Below, one piece after another: positions 47,346 to 56,717 of a DNA stretch of 64,000 bases. The first letter of the stretch is position 1. Every line of letters starts with the position of its first letter. This DNA comes from Candidatus Uhrbacteria bacterium (lineage in GTDB: Bacteria; Patescibacteriota; Patescibacteriia; JACPHY01). The position numbers and the translations under genes are program-made. The stretch lies in NCBI GenBank assembly GCA_016188355.1, contig JACPHY010000016.1:2345-66344 (forward strand), in the 5' to 3' direction. The notes under the pieces are model-generated. The model saw nothing but the letters and a program-made list of their open reading frames with translations, did not search any database and was not told the DNA's origin.

Positions 47346-48161
47346 ATGGCGACGATTCCCGCATTGGCAGAATTACTCGAGGCAGGAGTTCATTTTGGAC
47401 ATCGGGTTTCCAAACGGCATCCGAAGATGCAGCCGTATTTGTTTGGAAGTCGAAACGACATTTCGATCATCAATTTGGAGGAGACACGCACAAAGCTCGC
47501 TGCGGCGTGCGATGCGGTGCGTGCGCTTGCGGCAGAGGGGAAGACGATCCTCTTCGTGGGAACGAAGGATCAGGCGCGGAGCATGGTGCAATCCGCAGCA
47601 GATCGCGTCGGCATGCCGCATGTGACCGGCCGCTGGCTGGGAGGAACCATCACGAATTTCGCGATCATCGGGAAGCTCATCCAGAAGTATCGCGGACTTT
47701 GTCGGCAGCGGGATACGGGAGAGCTGCAGCAGAAATATACGAAGTTCGAGCAGGGAGAGCTCCTCAAGGAGATTGATCGGCTCGCAGATGCGGTGGGCGG
47801 GATTGCGGAGCTGAATCGCATTCCCGACGCAATTTTTGTCGTAGATATCTGCGAGGAGGAGATTGCCATTCGAGAGGCCAATCGATCCGGCGTGACGACG
47901 TTTGCCATTTGCGACTCCAATGTCGATCCAACCACGGTGACGTATCCCATTCCCGGCAACGACGACGCAGTTTCCGCGGTTTCCCTGCTGGTTCGTGTCT
48001 TCACGGATGCGGTCGCGGATGGCATTCAAGAGCGGGCGCGCACCATGGCATCTTCGGCGCCGACGCCTTCTGCAAAAATTGCGGAATCGGAACCCGTGAT
48101 TGTGGTTCCTGAACCCACGGTAGTGGCGGAAGAGGAGGACGGGGATGCAGTTGCGGCGTAA
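47346..48161 (+). CDS. rpsB: 30S ribosomal protein S2
   Basis: LLEAGVHFGH, ILFVGTK, RWLGGTITNF, YPIPGNDDA. Confidence 0.97.
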   Translation: MATIPALAELLEAGVHFGHRVSKRHPKMQPYLFGSRNDISIINLEETRTKLAAACDAVRALAAEGKTILFVGTKDQARSMVQSAADRVGMPHVTGRWLGGTITNFAIIGKLIQKYRGLCRQRDTGELQQKYTKFEQGELLKEIDRLADAVGGIAELNRIPDAIFVVDICEEEIAIREANRSGVTTFAICDSNVDPTTVTYPIPGNDDAVSAVSLLVRVFTDAVADGIQERARTMASSAPTPSAKIAESEPVIVVPEPTVVAEEEDGDAVAA

Positions 48162-48201
48162 TAAGTCACTTTTCATTGAACGATTTTCGTGTGCATTGCA
48201 T

Positions 48202-48783
48202 ATGGACGCGAAGCTGATCATGGAGCTCCGGAATATGACCGGAGCGGGGATCCTGGATGCGAAATCCGCGCTCGAGGAGACCGGGGGGAATTTAGAGACT
48301 GCTGCAGAGCTTCTCCGGAAGAAGGGACAGGCGAAGGCGGCGAAGAAAATGGATCGGATGACGAACGAGGGTCTCGTGGGCAGCTACATTCACGGCAATG
48401 GAAAGGTGGGCGTACTGGTGGAGGTTGCCTGCGAAACGGATTTCGTCGCACGGAGTGATGAATTCCAGCAATTGGTGCACGATTTGGCGATGCATATCGC
48501 CGCATCGAATCCGTCGTATTTGAAGCCGGAAGAAGTGCCCGAAGCAATCGTCATGAAAGAGCGAGAAATTGCTGCGGCGGAGTTTGCGGGGTCCGGAAAA
48601 CCGCCCGCCGTGATTGAGAAGATTGTGGACGGGAAAATATCCAAATTTTACGCGGATGTTTGCTTGTTGCCGCAGGCGTTCGTGAAAGATGATGCGATCA
48701 CCGTCGCGCAGCGAGTCGAACAGGCAGTGGCGAAGCTGGGAGAGAACATTCAGATTCGCCGATTCTGTCGGTTCGCACTGTAG
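48202..48783 (+). CDS. tsf: Elongation factor Ts (short form)
   Basis: LRNMTGAG, LRKKG, CETDFVA, LAMHIAA, LGENIQIRRF. Confidence 0.96.
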   Translation: MDAKLIMELRNMTGAGILDAKSALEETGGNLETAAELLRKKGQAKAAKKMDRMTNEGLVGSYIHGNGKVGVLVEVACETDFVARSDEFQQLVHDLAMHIAASNPSYLKPEEVPEAIVMKEREIAAAEFAGSGKPPAVIEKIVDGKISKFYADVCLLPQAFVKDDAITVAQRVEQAVAKLGENIQIRRFCRFAL

Positions 48784-48843
48784 AAGTCTCGGTGATATGA
48801 GGAGAACAGCCACCCGGACGGGTGGCTGTTCTGGTGAATTGCG

Positions 48844-50058
48844 CTATCGGACGACGACGCGGAGGAAGTTGTTCCCGCGTTGACCGACGTACGAGACCGC
48901 CTGCTCCGCATGGAGCCAGCGGACGTGGTGCACGGCATCGAATCGTGGACCCTCGTCCTCATCGATGACGACGCACGAGCCGTTGATGTCGTGTGCGGTG
49001 ACGACGAGCGCGCCGCGGGGGGTGAAGAACGGGTACTCCGCGTATCGGTAGCCCTTGCGCCACGCGGCGTGCTGCGTGGCGGGGAAGTACCGGCGAGAGC
49101 GTAGCGCGAATGCGCTGCCGATGCCGCCGTTTGGGGTGAAGAGCATGGCGAGCGGCATGGCGATGTATCGCGAGCGCCACCCATCCTCCCTCGGTTCCTT
49201 CCGCTCGACCCACTCGAGGATACGATATGCGGTGGCGCTCATGGAATCGATGATACTGCCGTACCGGGTGCCAATGTAACCCGCGAACATGCCGTCATCG
49301 CTGATCGCGAAGTCGGGCATCCCGTCCTCTCGTTCGATGGCGTGGAACACGGGTCCAGTGACACCGCGGAACGTGACCCGATGCATCCTTCCTGCGACTG
49401 TTACTTGGGGCTGTTGCGGGTTGGCATTGCAGAGCGGCGGAATGTCCGTGAACAACCCCCAGTTGCACCGTGGGATCGGTCCCTCGTGTGCGGGGATCGG
49501 ACGTGGCGGCGTTGCGAATCCGGTGTCATCGACCGTCCACCACGCCTTGCGCGTGTAGTCGACGGCGGTGAGCCCGTGGCGATCCGCTGGCGGTGTCATG
49601 AAATGTTCGTCGAAATCGAACACTCCGGTGACATCCTCGCCGTTTCGGAACACGCGGATGCGCTCGAGACCGCGCCTGCCTTCCTCCGCGTCGCGCGAAG
49701 CGAAAGCGGACCAGCAGAGCGTTCCCGAATCGAGCCAAGCGAAGCGCGATACCACGTCGAATGGTACCTGGTACCGAGGCTCGCCGTTCACGGTGATGGA
49801 GTAGGTATCTGCGCGTGGCGGATCGAGAAATCCGTACATCGCGAACTGCTTGCCGTCCGGTGAGAGCTCCGCTCGCGTATGCCCGGTGCCTCCCTGCACG
49901 CGGTCCTGGAAGATGTACGCCCGGTCGCAGGCGTCATCGGTACGGATCCCGAACGCGACCGCGGAGTTGTTTCCGGCGCACAGCACGTGGTCGAGTGGCG
50001 CTTGCCATCGTTCCGGTTGGTACGTTGCAACGTGATCAGTATCGTGTCGAGCAGACAT
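48844..50058 (-). CDS. Hypothetical beta-propeller-like protein
   Basis: AGGAGGG RBS before ATG at 50058; LSPDGK, ISDDG and FTPRG turn motifs. Confidence 0.6.
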   Translation of the reverse strand: MSARHDTDHVATYQPERWQAPLDHVLCAGNNSAVAFGIRTDDACDRAYIFQDRVQGGTGHTRAELSPDGKQFAMYGFLDPPRADTYSITVNGEPRYQVPFDVVSRFAWLDSGTLCWSAFASRDAEEGRRGLERIRVFRNGEDVTGVFDFDEHFMTPPADRHGLTAVDYTRKAWWTVDDTGFATPPRPIPAHEGPIPRCNWGLFTDIPPLCNANPQQPQVTVAGRMHRVTFRGVTGPVFHAIEREDGMPDFAISDDGMFAGYIGTRYGSIIDSMSATAYRILEWVERKEPREDGWRSRYIAMPLAMLFTPNGGIGSAFALRSRRYFPATQHAAWRKGYRYAEYPFFTPRGALVVTAHDINGSCVVIDEDEGPRFDAVHHVRWLHAEQAVSYVGQRGNNFLRVVVR

Positions 50059-50169
50059 GGCATGTCCCTCCTGGAAGGTGCTGCGCGCAGCGTAACAAAA
50101 ATCGATGTGGTTGTCAATGGTGTTGCGGTTGTCTACGGTACGAGTATAGGCAACTACCTTTCTCCTCCT

Positions 50170-51204
50170 ATGATTCGCGTGGCAATCAATGGGTTTGGTC
50201 GGATTGGTCGGAACACGTTCAAGGCGATCGTGGAGCGCGGTTTGGATCGGGAGCTCGAGGTGGTTGCGGTGAATGACCTCACCGATGCGCCCACGCTGGC
50301 GCATCTCCTCGCGTACGACACCGTCTTCGGTCGATTTGGTGCTTCCGTGGAGGCGGTGGATGGTGGGCTGCTGGTGGATGGCCGACGGATCGCGGTCGTT
50401 GCCGAAAAAGATCCCGAGCAATTGCCCTGGGGAACATTGAACATTGATGTCGTGCTGGAGTGTACCGGGCGATATGCCAAGGATGGTGCGGCGCGTGCGC
50501 ATATCCGCGCAGGGGCGAAGCGGGTCATCGTCTCGGCACCGACGAAAGGGGGAGAGGTGAAGACCTTTGTGCTTGGGGTGAACGATTCAGAGTATGCGGG
50601 AGAGGATGTGATCAATAATGCATCTTGCACCACGAATTGCGTTTCTCCGGTGACGCGCGCCATTCATGAGGCATTCGGTGTAGAGCGCGCCGTTCTGACG
50701 ACGATCCATGCGATTACCGCGGAACAGAACGTGGTCGACGGTCCGCCGCCCGGATTGAAATCCGGTGATCTCCGCCGCGCGCGTGCCGCGGGATTCAACA
50801 TGGTACCCACGACCACGGGAGCGGCGATTGCGGTCACGGAAGCGATCCCGGAGCTTCGAGAGAAGTTTGATGGGCTGGCGGTCCGCGTGCCGGTCATGGA
50901 TGTCTCGCTTACCGATTTCGTTTTTGTGGTAGCAAAACCAGTTACTGTGGAGGCGGTCAATGCCGCATTCCAGGCGGCAGCGGAGCATCCCTCTTACCGT
51001 GGGGTGCTCGGCGTGACTACGGAGCCGCTCGTTTCCTCAGATTTTATCCGCAGTCCATATTCCGCAGTGGTGGATTGCACGTTGACGAAGGTGGTGGACG
51101 GGACGCTGGTGAAGGTGATCGCCTGGTACGATAATGAGTGGGGGTACAGTTGTCGACTTGCAGAAATGGCGCGGGAGGTGGGTCGGGGGATTGGGCAGGG
51201 GTAA
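50170..51204 (+). CDS. gap: Type I glyceraldehyde-3-phosphate dehydrogenase
   Basis: INGFGRIGR, NASCTTNC, PTTTGAA, WYDNEWGYS. Confidence 0.98.
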   Translation: MIRVAINGFGRIGRNTFKAIVERGLDRELEVVAVNDLTDAPTLAHLLAYDTVFGRFGASVEAVDGGLLVDGRRIAVVAEKDPEQLPWGTLNIDVVLECTGRYAKDGAARAHIRAGAKRVIVSAPTKGGEVKTFVLGVNDSEYAGEDVINNASCTTNCVSPVTRAIHEAFGVERAVLTTIHAITAEQNVVDGPPPGLKSGDLRRARAAGFNMVPTTTGAAIAVTEAIPELREKFDGLAVRVPVMDVSLTDFVFVVAKPVTVEAVNAAFQAAAEHPSYRGVLGVTTEPLVSSDFIRSPYSAVVDCTLTKVVDGTLVKVIAWYDNEWGYSCRLAEMAREVGRGIGQG

Positions 51205-51318
51205 GATACGGTGCGCGGTATCGATGATTTGGGAACAGCAGGAATACGCAGTCACATCCCCCGGCCGCGATGGCTCGGGGGATGCTGCTGATCCTGCTAT
51301 GATAGCGATGTACACCCT

Positions 51319-52632
51319 ATGCCTCGGACGATTGTCGTTATTGGTGCGAGCTTTGCGGGTCTTGGCGTCGCGCAGGCGCTCGAGTCTCGGGCGGAAAGTG
51401 TGGATGCGGAGGTGGTGCTTATTGATAAGCGCCCCTATCACGAATTCCACGCGTTGCTCTACGAGGTCGCGACTGGAGCAGTGGAGGGCCGTCCGGAGGA
51501 TTGCGAGAAAATACTGGCGAGTGGGGTGAGTGTGAATTTGCACGCGTACGAGCGATTGCTCCGTGGCCGTCGCCTCACGTTTCGTTGCGCGGAAGTCATG
51601 GCGATTGATCGGCTCACGAAGCGGATTCAATTACGTGGGGGAGAGGAGTTGGCGTACGACGCGCTCGTCCTTGCGGTCGGCGCGGAAGCGGCATTTTTTG
51701 GCATTCCTGGTCTTCGGGAGCATGCGATCCCATTAAAAACGACCGCGGACGCGCTGCGTATTCGGCGGCGTGTTCTCCAGATGTTGGCGGAGGTCGCATC
51801 GGATGCCGTGCGGCCCCGTACGATTTTGATTGGTGGCGGCGGCCCTACGGGGGTCGAATTTGCGGCGGAACTCGCGAACACGCTGCAGGCGTTTGTCCGC
51901 CGAGGAACGTTGCAACCGGGGCGTGTATTGGTGGCATTGGTAGAAGGATCTGCTCGATTGCTCTCCATGTTTCCGGAGCGACTCGGTCGCAGCGCGCTGC
52001 AGCGGCTTCATGCGTTTGGTGTGCGAGTGTGTCTCGATGCACTGGTGCAGCGCGTCGAATTCGGTCGCGTCACGGTGGTGCCTCGCCACCTGCGAACCGG
52101 AGAATCGCGTGCACAGCTCCTCTGCGGATTTGATGGGCCATCATGTACAATTGATGCGGAGCTGGTGGTGTGGACGGGCGGAATACAATTTTCCCCGTTG
52201 CCCAGTCGCGCAGGATTTTGCTGCGACGAGAAAGGGCGCGTGCAAGTCGGGGAAGATTTTTTGGTACGAGACACTGCAGAGGTTTTCGCGCTGGGCGATT
52301 GCGCTGCATTTCTCCATCATCGGACCGGAAAAGCGCTGCCGCCTGTTGCCTCGGTGGCCGTCCGGCAGGCGCCGGTAGCTGCGGACAACATTCTCCGGTT
52401 GCTCAACGGATATCCATTGCGACGCTTCCGACCCCCCACACTGCCGGCGATCGTGCCGTTGGGAGGGAAATGGGCAGGATGTGTGTACCGTGGACGGACG
52501 ATCATGGGTCGGATTCCGTGGATGCTGCGGCTCGCCGTGGATAGTTGGTACTTCATGACGACGCTTGGATGGTGGCGCGGATTCCGTGTGTGGTGGCGCG
52601 GTGCGCGGGTATACGTGCAGAACGACGGATGA
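51319..52632 (+). CDS. ndh: Type II NADH dehydrogenase-like FAD-dependent oxidoreductase
   Basis: VIGASFAG, LLYEVATG, YDALVLAVG, IPGL.EH..LKT..DA, GGGPTGVEFAAEL, VWTGG, FALGD, C-terminal amphipathic helices. Confidence 0.85.
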   Translation: MPRTIVVIGASFAGLGVAQALESRAESVDAEVVLIDKRPYHEFHALLYEVATGAVEGRPEDCEKILASGVSVNLHAYERLLRGRRLTFRCAEVMAIDRLTKRIQLRGGEELAYDALVLAVGAEAAFFGIPGLREHAIPLKTTADALRIRRRVLQMLAEVASDAVRPRTILIGGGGPTGVEFAAELANTLQAFVRRGTLQPGRVLVALVEGSARLLSMFPERLGRSALQRLHAFGVRVCLDALVQRVEFGRVTVVPRHLRTGESRAQLLCGFDGPSCTIDAELVVWTGGIQFSPLPSRAGFCCDEKGRVQVGEDFLVRDTAEVFALGDCAAFLHHRTGKALPPVASVAVRQAPVAADNILRLLNGYPLRRFRPPTLPAIVPLGGKWAGCVYRGRTIMGRIPWMLRLAVDSWYFMTTLGWWRGFRVWWRGARVYVQNDG

Positions 52633-53171
52633 CGACCGCTCGTATGTTTCGAATGCGTGGGCCGAGCATGCTCATGGGAATCGCAGCGACGGTACTTGTC
52701 GTACACGGCGCATTTGCGATGCTCGGAGTGTATGCCGTTTTTCCGTGGATGGATAATCTCATCCATGCGAGCGGCGGCGCGTGGGGGGCGTTGGTGGGAT
52801 ACTGGCTACTCACGGATGCGCGATGGCGACGACGCTGGGGCGCGCCTTCGCGTCGGTTGATTGCCCTCGCAATTTTCGGGGTTGCTGCGGTAGTGGGTAT
52901 CGCATGGGAAATATTGGAGTTTGTGGTGCTTTGGCTTTCCGCGACGACCGCGGAAATGCTGCAGTTCACCTCGGCGAGTGTGGGGGATATGGTGAGCGAT
53001 CTCTCCGCAGATCTCGTGGGGGCGCTGGCAGTGGGTATGGGGGTAGTGCGGGGGCGGCGCGTGCGCCGTCCGAGTGCTGCGCCCCGATCTCCGCGAAAGA
53101 AGCGAGCACGACGAGCACGGGTTTCTGTGCAGCCGGTGGCGGTTGGAGCAACGAGCATTCCCCCAGCATGA
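52629..53171 (+). CDS. Hypothetical membrane protein (VanZ/DUF2238-like)
   Basis: D..IH, GIAWEILEF, DMVSDL.ADLVG; 4 TMs; overlaps neighbours by ATGA. Confidence 0.65.
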   Translation: MTTARMFRMRGPSMLMGIAATVLVVHGAFAMLGVYAVFPWMDNLIHASGGAWGALVGYWLLTDARWRRRWGAPSRRLIALAIFGVAAVVGIAWEILEFVVLWLSATTAEMLQFTSASVGDMVSDLSADLVGALAVGMGVVRGRRVRRPSAAPRSPRKKRARRARVSVQPVAVGATSIPPA

Positions 53172-54376
53172 GTATGCAACTCCGTACGCTCGCACATCTT
53201 GGTGATAGTCGTGGCAAGCGCGTACTCCTTCGGGTGGACTGGAATGTGCCGATGGAGCGTTCGCGTATTGTGGATGATACGAAAATTCGGTTGAGTCTCC
53301 CTACGTTGGCTGCCCTGCGCGCTTCCGGGGCCGCAGTGATCGTGGTATCGCATCTGCGGGAAGGCGCAACGGGCGATACATTAGCACCCGCAGTGCGAGC
53401 GGCGGGACGTCTTTTAGGAGGGCGACGACCCACGTTGGTGCGTACGGCCGTCGGGAGTCCCACCCTGCTTCGCGTATGTCGTGCGTTGCGACCGGGCGCG
53501 GTGCTCGTGCTCGAAAACATCCGCCGGTATCCGGGAGAAGAGCGGAACGAGCGCGCATTTGCTCGTACATTGGCTGCATTGGCGGATGTATATGTGAACG
53601 ATGCATTTGCGGCATGCCATCGCCGTCACGCATCCGTTGCGGCGGTCGCAGATTATTTGCCTGCCGTCGCAGGACTGCTCCTGCAGCGTGAGGTGGAAGT
53701 GCTCCAGCGAGTGCTCGAACAGCCCGCGCATCCCATGATTGCGCTCATGGGTGGCGCAAAGATAGCAACGAAGGCACCGGTCATTGATCGGTTGCGGCGT
53801 TCAGCTTCCGCAGTGCTTTTGGGCGGTGGTCTCGCGAACACCGTTTGGGCGGTTCGGGGGTACGGGATCGGCGCGTCATTGGTGGATTCGGACGCAGCTC
53901 CCGTCGTGCGGCAATTACTCCGTGCACGGCGGCACGGAGCCGTACGAATGCCAGTAGATGTGGTCGTGGGGGATCCATCGGCCCGCGGTCGTGGGCATCG
54001 TGTAGTTCCGGTGGGTCCGCGTCCGCACGTCATCTGTGAACGGCCGGAAGCGGTACTCGACATTGGACCTGCGACGATTCGGGCGTATAGCGCCGAGCTC
54101 CGTACGGCGGCCACCATGGTATGGAACGGACCGATGGGGTGGTTGGAGTGTTCCCCATTTCATTACGGGAGCGTCATGTTGGCGCGGGTCATCGCATCAC
54201 GCGCGTCCGGTCGCGCCTTCGGTGTGGTGGGCGGCGGTGAGACGCTCGCCGCGCTCCAGCAGACACAGATGGCGCAGTATATTGATCACGTTTCTTCTGG
54301 CGGAGGAGCGATGCTTGCATTTTTGGGAGGCGAGGCGCTCCCCGGTTTGCTACCGTTATATCGAACAGGCGCATAA
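53168..54376 (+). CDS. pgk: Phosphoglycerate kinase
   Basis: LLRVDWNVP, SHL, LENIR, YVNDAF..HR.HAS, GGAK, WNGPMG, GGGET, HVSSGGGA. Confidence 0.95.
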   Translation: MSMQLRTLAHLGDSRGKRVLLRVDWNVPMERSRIVDDTKIRLSLPTLAALRASGAAVIVVSHLREGATGDTLAPAVRAAGRLLGGRRPTLVRTAVGSPTLLRVCRALRPGAVLVLENIRRYPGEERNERAFARTLAALADVYVNDAFAACHRRHASVAAVADYLPAVAGLLLQREVEVLQRVLEQPAHPMIALMGGAKIATKAPVIDRLRRSASAVLLGGGLANTVWAVRGYGIGASLVDSDAAPVVRQLLRARRHGAVRMPVDVVVGDPSARGRGHRVVPVGPRPHVICERPEAVLDIGPATIRAYSAELRTAATMVWNGPMGWLECSPFHYGSVMLARVIASRASGRAFGVVGGGETLAALQQTQMAQYIDHVSSGGGAMLAFLGGEALPGLLPLYRTGA

Positions 54377-54448
54377 GGATGCACTCATGCGCGATTCCTT
54401 CGTTCTTTGGTGCTCGAGCTCGCTCTCCTTGTTCTTCAATTTTTCTAT

Positions 54449-55216
54449 ATGTGGCCCGATTATCGAAAGCAGCCGTTGTTTGCTGGACTTTTTGCGTTGG
54501 TACTACTCGGAGCGTTTGCGTGGGAGCTTGCTGCAGCAACCGAGCACGCGCGGAATGCTGCTGCGGTGCGAAAACCAACTCCACCCATTCGTGAGCTCAC
54601 CGTTTCCGGTACGGGTAAGGTACGCGGTATTCCCGATACCGCGGTGATTACTGCCGGCATGACGGTGCAGGGAACCGAGGTGCGTATCGTGCAGTCGGAA
54701 GTGAACAAGAAGACGACTGCGCTGATTGCGGCGGTAAAGCGTGCGGGAGTTGCGGCAGAGGATATTCAAACCGCTCAATTTTCGATTACCCCGCGTTACG
54801 TGTACGGCGAGCGCGTCGCGCCTTCTATTAGTGGATACGAAGCATCGCAGTCGGTTGAAGTGCGCATCCGAAATCTCGAAAAGGTGAACACGGTGCTTGA
54901 TGCAATGGGTGATGCGGGTGCCACGAATATTGGTAACCTGCAATTTATCATTGATAATCCACAGGGGCTGCAGGCGGAGGCGCGGGAGCGGGCAATTGCG
55001 GATGCGCGCGCAAAGGCGGGAACGATCTCGGGTCAGCTGCGCGTGCGATTGGTTCGTGCGGTAGGCTTTCAGGAGGGCGGCGGCTATGTTCCTCCCATGA
55101 TGCCGCTCATGCTCCGAGGTGACATGGGCGGCGGTGAGGCGGTGCCCGCGCCGACCGTGGAAAAGGGGAGCCAAGATATCGTGTCGAATGTGTCGGTGAC
55201 GTTTGAAATTGAATAA
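54449..55216 (+). CDS. SIMPL (DUF541) domain protein
   Basis: TVSGTGKV..PDTA, EDIQT, AIADARAKA, VSVTFEI; start approximate. Confidence 0.85.
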   Translation: MWPDYRKQPLFAGLFALVLLGAFAWELAAATEHARNAAAVRKPTPPIRELTVSGTGKVRGIPDTAVITAGMTVQGTEVRIVQSEVNKKTTALIAAVKRAGVAAEDIQTAQFSITPRYVYGERVAPSISGYEASQSVEVRIRNLEKVNTVLDAMGDAGATNIGNLQFIIDNPQGLQAEARERAIADARAKAGTISGQLRVRLVRAVGFQEGGGYVPPMMPLMLRGDMGGGEAVPAPTVEKGSQDIVSNVSVTFEIE

Positions 55217-55217
55217 C

Positions 55218-55379
55218 GAGACCTCTGCGAAAATCCAGATTCGCGCCAGGAACGCGCTGTTCGGCTGCGCTGCGTTCCTCGACCACTCACGAGATCCGCT
55301 GGATATCGCTCGGGTCTGCGTCGCGCAGCTCGCTCGAACATCACGTCCCTGGCGCGAAAGCGATTTTTGTAGAGGTCTC
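55218..55379. mobile_element. 162-bp MITE with IS5-like terminal inverted repeats and 4-bp target-site duplication TAAC
   Basis: GAGACCTCTGCGAAAATC ... GATTTTTGTAGAGGTCTC, flanked by TAAC at 55214-55217 and 55380-55383; internally palindromic. Confidence 0.75.
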
Positions 55380-55400
55380 TAACGTTGTTTTCCCGCGTCT

Positions 55401-56711
55401 ATGTCGTCCATTGCGTCCGTGCGTGCATGGGAAATTCTGGATTCTCGCGGTAATCCGACCGTTCGTGCAGAAGTGCGCACGGATTCCGGACATGTAGGTG
55501 TGGCGGCGGTGCCTTCCGGCGCGTCGACCGGCGTGCATGAGGCACTCGAATTGCGTGATGGCGATGCAAAGCGGTACGGCGGAAAGGGGGTGCGGAAGGC
55601 CGTGGCCAATGTGAATGGTCCCATCGCGCGAGCGGTGGTTGGCCATGCGGTCCATGCGCAGGGGGAACTGGATCAGATCATGCGCGAATTGGACGGGACA
55701 CCCAATAAATCAACGCTGGGCGCAAACGCCGTGCTCGCGGTGTCCCTCGCCGCCGCTCGGGCTGCGGCGCTTGCTGCCGGACTCCCGTTGTATCGGTATC
55801 TCCGGGGGGTAGCGCAAATTGCGTCCGATGAGTTTCGGCTTCCCGTGCCCATGATGAATATCCTGAATGGCGGGCGACATGCGGATTCCGGACTTTCGAT
55901 CCAGGAATTCATGGTAATTCCGAAGCATCGAAAATTTTCCGAACGATTGCGCATGGGGACCGAGGTGTTCCACGTGCTCCACGACATTCTCCGGAAGCGT
56001 GATTTTGCGACGACCGTCGGCGATGAGGGAGGATTTGCACCTCGGTTGGGCGATAACGAGCGCGCGCTGCGCGTGATCCTGGAGGCAATTCGAAAAGCGG
56101 GCTATACGCCGGGGCGTGACATCGCGCTCGGGCTCGATGTTGCCGCGTCGGAATTCTACACTACTCCCGAAGCGGATGCATCGTCGTCGAACGGCAGCGG
56201 AAAAGGAACGCGTGGGGGACGGTACTTTTTTAAGGATGCGGCTACGCCGTGGACCCCGGTGCAGATGATGGCGTGCATGGAGCGTTGGGCGAGGAAGTAT
56301 CCACTCATTTCGATTGAGGATCCGCTCGCAGAGGATGATTGGGATCATTGGACGCAACTCACCTCACGCATCGGGAAGCGGGTGCAGTTGGTCGGCGATG
56401 ATCTTTTCGTGACCAATGTCGAGCGCCTCGAACGGGGTATCGCGGAGCACGTAGGAAATGCGATCTTGATCAAGGTCAATCAGATTGGTTCGCTCTCGGA
56501 GACGCTCGCCGCGATTACGCGCGCCCGCGCAGCGAAGTATCGGGTCATTATCTCGCATCGTTCCGGAGAGACCGCGGATACGTTCATTGCGGATCTCGCC
56601 GTCGCGGTCAATGCAGAGTACATCAAGACGGGGTCACTTTCGCGGAGTGAACGCGTGGAGAAATACAATCGACTACTCGAAATTGAATCCGAGGTTCGTG
56701 CGGATCGATAG
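55401..56711 (+). CDS. eno: Enolase
   Basis: [46 protein letters not shown]. Confidence 0.98.
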   Translation: MSSIASVRAWEILDSRGNPTVRAEVRTDSGHVGVAAVPSGASTGVHEALELRDGDAKRYGGKGVRKAVANVNGPIARAVVGHAVHAQGELDQIMRELDGTPNKSTLGANAVLAVSLAAARAAALAAGLPLYRYLRGVAQIASDEFRLPVPMMNILNGGRHADSGLSIQEFMVIPKHRKFSERLRMGTEVFHVLHDILRKRDFATTVGDEGGFAPRLGDNERALRVILEAIRKAGYTPGRDIALGLDVAASEFYTTPEADASSSNGSGKGTRGGRYFFKDAATPWTPVQMMACMERWARKYPLISIEDPLAEDDWDHWTQLTSRIGKRVQLVGDDLFVTNVERLERGIAEHVGNAILIKVNQIGSLSETLAAITRARAAKYRVIISHRSGETADTFIADLAVAVNAEYIKTGSLSRSERVEKYNRLLEIESEVRADR

Positions 56712-56717
56712 GACGAT

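Noticed and set aside
49879-50502. Apparent overlap of extended gap (49879) and hypothetical (50502) ORFs
   Set aside because: The true starts are most likely 50170 (+) and 50058 (-), leaving an ordinary divergent intergenic region.
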